A stretch of 61,851 nucleotides of DNA from a virus (lineage: Duplodnaviria; Caudoviricetes): IMG/VR virus record IMGVR_UViG_3300033182_001489, positions 1 to 61,851 of that record; one strand, given 5' to 3'. Both the position numbers and the translations under genes were made by a program. A model generated the notes under the pieces. It made no database searches. It saw nothing but the letters and a program-made list of their open reading frames with translations, and was not told the origin of the DNA. Of the stretch, positions 59,100 to 61,851 are shown piece by piece; position 1 is the stretch's first letter; each line of letters starts with the position of its first letter.

Positions 59100-59480
59100 A
59101 TGAAATATTCACTTATTAATAATGGTATCGGAAGCTCTTTGCTATCTGATTTTTTTAATGTTAACGCTGATCTTGAATTAAATTCTAGATTTCCTACTTT
59201 TAAAGAAGGTTGTATTCAAGAATCTAAAGATGGCCATGTTATTACCTTGCAAGTTCCAGGAATGACCAAAAAAGATATTGAAATTACATGCGAAAATAAT
59301 TCAATCAAGGTTCGTGGTTCAAAAAAGATAAATGACCAAATGACCACAGTAATCCGAAAAGATTTTGCCGCGAATATAAATATTGACCCGCAATCTTGCA
59401 CAGCCAAGGTTGAAAATGGAATATTGACAATTAATCTAGTTAAAAATAAGAGTATTAACAATACTATTAAAATTACATAG
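59100..59480 (+). CDS. Hsp20/alpha-crystallin small heat shock protein
   Basis: LQVPGMTKKDIEI...AKVENGILTINL. Confidence 0.9.
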   Translation: MKYSLINNGIGSSLLSDFFNVNADLELNSRFPTFKEGCIQESKDGHVITLQVPGMTKKDIEITCENNSIKVRGSKKINDQMTTVIRKDFAANINIDPQSCTAKVENGILTINLVKNKSINNTIKIT

Positions 59481-59546
59481 TGTTCCGATTTTTTTAGTTC
59501 AAGCATTTATAAATAATTAAGTGTCGTTTTTATATTGAGAAAAACC

Positions 59547-59604
59547 ACCCCCCCCAAAAAAATTTCAAAAAGTCAAGCGTTTTTTTTGAAAAAAACGGGG
59601 GGGT
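59547..59604. terminator. Long imperfect hairpin between convergent genes
   Basis: C-run pairs with G-run and ttcaaaaa pairs with tttttgaa, between Hsp20 (+) and the 59607 ORF (-). Confidence 0.35.
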
Positions 59605-59606
59605 CT

Positions 59607-59915
59607 TTAGAAGACTTCGAGGTTAGGTTGCGAGCCAGGAGCGGCGAACCAGTCGGATGAGTCAATTACTTGACCATTTAGAACAGGCTCGAATTTGAAT
59701 TGGAAAACGCCCGCGTTTGTTATGCCGTTGACGCGTTCTCGTGTAGTCGGCGTATTCCAACCCGCAAGAGACCAACGCACCAACCCGTCAGGATCACGCT
59801 TAACAATGGCATTGCCATGAAGCCAAACGGTTTTGCCGTCTGTCTCAGTGTTGCCGACTTTTAAGGATTTTCCTTGCTCGAAAGCTTGCTTAATTCTTTG
59901 CGTTACTTTTCTCAT
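59607..59915 (-). CDS. Small early-type phage protein (LHGNxI...GWNTPTTRERVN family), full-length copy
   Basis: 102 aa; paralog at 61456. Confidence 0.8.
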   Translation of the reverse strand: MRKVTQRIKQAFEQGKSLKVGNTETDGKTVWLHGNAIVKRDPDGLVRWSLAGWNTPTTRERVNGITNAGVFQFKFEPVLNGQVIDSSDWFAAPGSQPNLEVF

Positions 59916-60082
59916 TATCTTGAAACAATTGGAAGTTTGTTGCCGACTTTTTTTTGCTCGGCTTGGATTTGGCTAGCAATTCTGAGAGCCATCGTGTGAG
60001 TTTTTGCGTTGTCAATTAGTTTTCCGAAAAGCGTAATGTTTAGCCATTCAGAAAAATTTTTGTTTCTTTCAATCTTAATCAT
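59915..60082 (-). CDS. Small hypothetical protein, paralog of 60475..60657
   Basis: Not in the ORF track: MIKIERNKNFSEWLNITLFGKLIDNAKTHTMALRIASQIQAEQKKVGNKLPIVSR; TAATG coupling to the next gene. Confidence 0.75.
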   Translation of the reverse strand: MIKIERNKNFSEWLNITLFGKLIDNAKTHTMALRIASQIQAEQKKVGNKLPIVSR

Positions 60083-60088
60083 ATGTAA

Positions 60089-60117
60089 AATATAGTTCAG
60101 TTAGCTTAAAAAGTCAA
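60089..60117 (-). promoter_or_regulatory. Sigma70 promoter, leaderless
   Basis: TTGACT-17-TATATT-6-ATG(60082). Confidence 0.75.
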
Positions 60118-60138
60118 GTCTAAAATTCAACTAAGTTT

Positions 60139-60177
60139 TTGCACAATCCTGCAATCGCCCCGCGATTTTTGTGCCAA
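60139..60177. repeat. 39-bp intergenic repeat, copy 1
   Basis: 35/39 identical to 61046..61084; shared 25-nt core aatcgccccgcgatttttgtgccaa. Confidence 0.85.
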
Positions 60178-60204
60178 TCGCGTAAGATGTTGATTTGTAA
60201 TCGT

Positions 60205-60294
60205 TTACCAATTAGAATTGCAATCCTTAAGATCAGCGAACATGATCCAGAAGACTGCAACCCATGGCAAGAAAAGTAATATATCCCAAGTCAT
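60205..60294 (-). CDS. 29-aa hydrophobic peptide
   Basis: MTWDILLFLPWVAVFWIMFADLKDCNSNW; ATGA overlap with the upstream ORF. Confidence 0.5.
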   Translation of the reverse strand: MTWDILLFLPWVAVFWIMFADLKDCNSNW

Positions 60295-60497
60295 GCGTTT
60301 AGTTCAAAAATTCCTTGCTCTATCTCTGTAAGCCTGTCAGAATTAGCAAGCACGCAATCAATAGAGAGAATTCTATCATTCTTTTTAGGTTGATAATATG
60401 GAGAATCTTTACGAAGAATTATCACTCTTGAGTCTACCGAAGTAAGCACAAAAGGATTATCTGCTTGCATTTCTTCAAGCGTCTTCAATGTGAACAA
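60291..60497 (-). CDS. Small hypothetical protein (start uncertain)
   Basis: ORF track entry, co-oriented with the early cluster. Confidence 0.5.
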   Translation of the reverse strand: MFTLKTLEEMQADNPFVLTSVDSRVIILRKDSPYYQPKKNDRILSIDCVLANSDRLTEIEQGIFELNA

Positions 60498-60657
60498 GTT
60501 CTCCGAGGTTTACAATATGGCTTTGCTTCTCTTTGCGTGCGATCTTCTTAGCGATCTCTAACGCTTGAGCGTCACAAGTAACTTGGTCAATGATGCGACC
60601 AAATACGCTGACATTGAACCAATTCTTAAAGTTAGGATGTATGGTAATCTTAATCAT
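60475..60657 (-). CDS. Small hypothetical protein, paralog of 59915..60082
   Basis: Shares MIKI...NF..W.N...FG..ID...AL.IA. Confidence 0.75.
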   Translation of the reverse strand: MIKITIHPNFKNWFNVSVFGRIIDQVTCDAQALEIAKKIARKEKQSHIVNLGELVHIEDA

Positions 60658-60658
60658 G

Positions 60659-60775
60659 TTATGATACTATCAGTTCTGCGATAAATGCACAAGCAAAAAG
60701 CAAGCAAGATCCGAAAATTCCTACGCATAGGAATGGCATGAATATCTCAATGAAGTTAGCAATATGTTTTTTCAT
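60659..60775 (-). CDS. 38-aa membrane peptide
   Basis: MKKHIANFIEIFMPFLCVGIFGSCLLFACAFIAELIVS; ATG 6 nt after a -10 box. Confidence 0.55.
   Translation of the reverse strand: MKKHIANFIEIFMPFLCVGIFGSCLLFACAFIAELIVS
60664..60692 (-). promoter_or_regulatory. Sigma70 promoter, leaderless
   Basis: TTGTGC-17-TAGTAT-6-ATG(60657). Confidence 0.6.
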
Positions 60776-60781
60776 AATAAT

Positions 60782-60810
60782 AAACTAATCTAGTAATTAG
60801 CAAAAGTCAA
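60782..60810 (-). promoter_or_regulatory. Sigma70 promoter, leaderless
   Basis: TTGACT-17-TAGTTT-6-ATG(60775). Confidence 0.7.
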
Positions 60811-60989
60811 GCAATAACTGCTTTTCTTTGTTGTTTTTCCGACAGCTCCACAAGCTTGTTTTCTATATCTGCACGAACAGATTCTAATTGCCTTACTGAG
60901 GACATCTTTCCTTCCTTAATGGCAATTATACGCTGAGAGTTTATGGCTCGTAGAGTTGAGGCAAGTTGATGGATTTTTTGTTCTAACAT
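60807..60989 (-). CDS. Small coiled-coil hypothetical protein
   Basis: Likely start MLEQKIHQL at 60989, based on promoter spacing. Confidence 0.65.
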   Translation of the reverse strand: MLEQKIHQLASTLRAINSQRIIAIKEGKMSSVRQLESVRADIENKLVELSEKQQRKAVIA

Positions 60990-60995
60990 AAGGTC

Positions 60996-61024
60996 ATAGT
61001 AGCTGAATAAATAAAAAAAGTCAA
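60996..61024 (-). promoter_or_regulatory. Sigma70 promoter, leaderless
   Basis: TTGACT-17-TACTAT-6-ATG(60989). Confidence 0.75.
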
Positions 61025-61045
61025 GCCTAATATACAACTTTTTTC

Positions 61046-61084
61046 TTGCACGATTCTCTAATCGCCCCGCGATTTTTGTGCCAA
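61046..61084. repeat. 39-bp intergenic repeat, copy 2
   Basis: Direct repeat of 60139..60177. Confidence 0.85.
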
Positions 61085-61113
61085 AAAAAAATCACTAAAA
61101 ATGCGTTTAGTGC

Positions 61114-61142
61114 TTGCAATTTTACGAAAATTTGTTTACATT
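61114..61142 (+). promoter_or_regulatory. Sigma70 promoter
   Basis: TTGCAA-17-TACATT-8-ATG(61151). Confidence 0.6.
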
Positions 61143-61150
61143 TATGTTAT

Positions 61151-61342
61151 ATGAATAAGATAATAGAAATACTAATGAAAAGAGACCAACTTTCCGAAGA
61201 GGAAGCAACCGATCAAGTGATCGCATTTCAATCTGAGATGTGGCTCGATGTTGGACTTGGTGGCGACATCTTCGAATGGGAACATATGTTCACTTCCGAA
61301 TTCGGACTCGAGCCCGATTTCTTCGAAGCGTTAATGCTCTAA
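61151..61342 (+). CDS. Small acidic phage protein (LMxRD...FGLEPD)
   Basis: Likely start MNKIIEILMKRD; 63 aa. Confidence 0.7.
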   Translation: MNKIIEILMKRDQLSEEEATDQVIAFQSEMWLDVGLGGDIFEWEHMFTSEFGLEPDFFEALML

Positions 61343-61418
61343 TAATAGAAAGGTTACGATTTCTAAAGTTGGCACGAAATCGGCCCGCGATTTTTTTTAA
61401 AAAAAATTATCTTTTTGC

Positions 61419-61447
61419 TTGCAATTTAGTTTTATCTAGTTTAGTTT
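61419..61447 (+). promoter_or_regulatory. Sigma70 promoter
   Basis: TTGCAA-17-TAGTTT-8-ATG(61456). Confidence 0.55.
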
Positions 61448-61455
61448 ATAATTAT

Positions 61456-61686
61456 ATGAGAAAAGTTACAGAACAAATCAAACAAGCATTTGAACGCGGC
61501 GAAGCCAAGACAGTTGGCAACACCACCACAGACGGCAAGACCGTTTGGCTACATGGCAACGCGATTGTCAAACGCGATCCCGACGGGCTCGTGCGTTGGT
61601 CACTCGCAGGTTGGAACACACCGACCACACGCGAACGCGTCAACGGCATAGCTAACGCAAGGCGATTCAGTAGGATTGTGCAATAA
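61456..61686 (+). CDS. C-terminally truncated paralog of 59607..59915 (possible pseudogene)
   Basis: 76 aa with a 41-aa identical core; diverges at 61661, where a partial inverted copy of the repeat begins. Confidence 0.7.
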   Translation: MRKVTEQIKQAFERGEAKTVGNTTTDGKTVWLHGNAIVKRDPDGLVRWSLAGWNTPTTRERVNGIANARRFSRIVQ

Positions 61687-61714
61687 AATAGTTGCAAGAT
61701 AATTGAAAAAAAAT

Positions 61715-61743
61715 TTGACTTTAGTTAATGCTTTTGCTAGTTT
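61715..61743 (+). promoter_or_regulatory. Sigma70 promoter, leaderless
   Basis: TTGACT-17-TAGTTT-6-ATG(61750). Confidence 0.7.
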
Positions 61744-61749
61744 ATATAT

Positions 61750-61851
61750 ATGAAAGAAAAATTACTTATAGCAACCTTAATTATCGTTTCCGTTCTTGTA
61801 TTCATAGGAGAATACAAAAGGCTAAAGTTAGAAACGGAAGCCAATCAAGCA
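61750..61851 (+). CDS. Small membrane protein, 3'-partial
   Basis: MKEKLLIATLIIVSVLVFIGEYKRLKLETEANQA, running off the window. Confidence 0.6.
   Translation, partial: MKEKLLIATLIIVSVLVFIGEYKRLKLETEANQA

Noticed and set aside
61240-61455. N-terminal extension of the 148-aa ORF (and the antisense ORF 61452..61697)
   Set aside because: The paralog starts at MRKVT and a promoter lies just before 61456; the antisense ORF is a shadow.
60139-61683. CRISPR array or integron attC interpretation of the 39-bp repeat
   Set aside because: Copies are hundreds of bases apart, not separated by 30-40 nt spacers. There are no RYYYAAC/GTTRRRY ends and no cas or integrase gene in the window.
1-61851. tRNA/rRNA genes, introns, inteins and alternative genetic code
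   Set aside because: None recognised by eye. Intergenic gaps are short, terL and portal are uninterrupted, and TAA, TAG and TGA all end genes. tRNAscan-SE and Infernal would be needed to exclude small RNAs.

Overview
AT-rich segment of a large tailed dsDNA phage genome, siphovirus-like (no tail sheath gene in this window). A ~56 kb minus-strand morphogenesis block reads right to left: membrane/lysis-like genes, a phage sigma factor, an ERCC4-type nuclease, terminase large subunit, a DUF115/Maf-like transferase, portal, prohead protease/scaffold, decoration protein, major capsid, neck proteins, three paralogous tail-tube-like proteins, two probable tail chaperones, a giant 8166-aa tape measure protein (TMP), and Cys-rich and LamG-like tail-tip proteins. 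The standout feature is the TMP. Its N-terminal third is cut into cassettes by a recurring G-[FY]-[IV]-P-N-[FY] motif. These cassettes include an R-S-E ADP-ribosyltransferase and two PD-(D/E)xK nuclease-like domains, which suggests a polyvalent effector array delivered with the DNA. Other features: a GTGTA(T/A) late-promoter motif, a GT29 sialyltransferase-like gene, an orphan Xre/MbcA/ParS-type antitoxin, Hsp20 behind a sigma54-type promoter, and a right-hand array of tiny early-type genes with individual leaderless sigma70 promoters, a 39-bp repeat and duplicated genes. All family calls come from motifs read by eye and from gene order, not from database searches.
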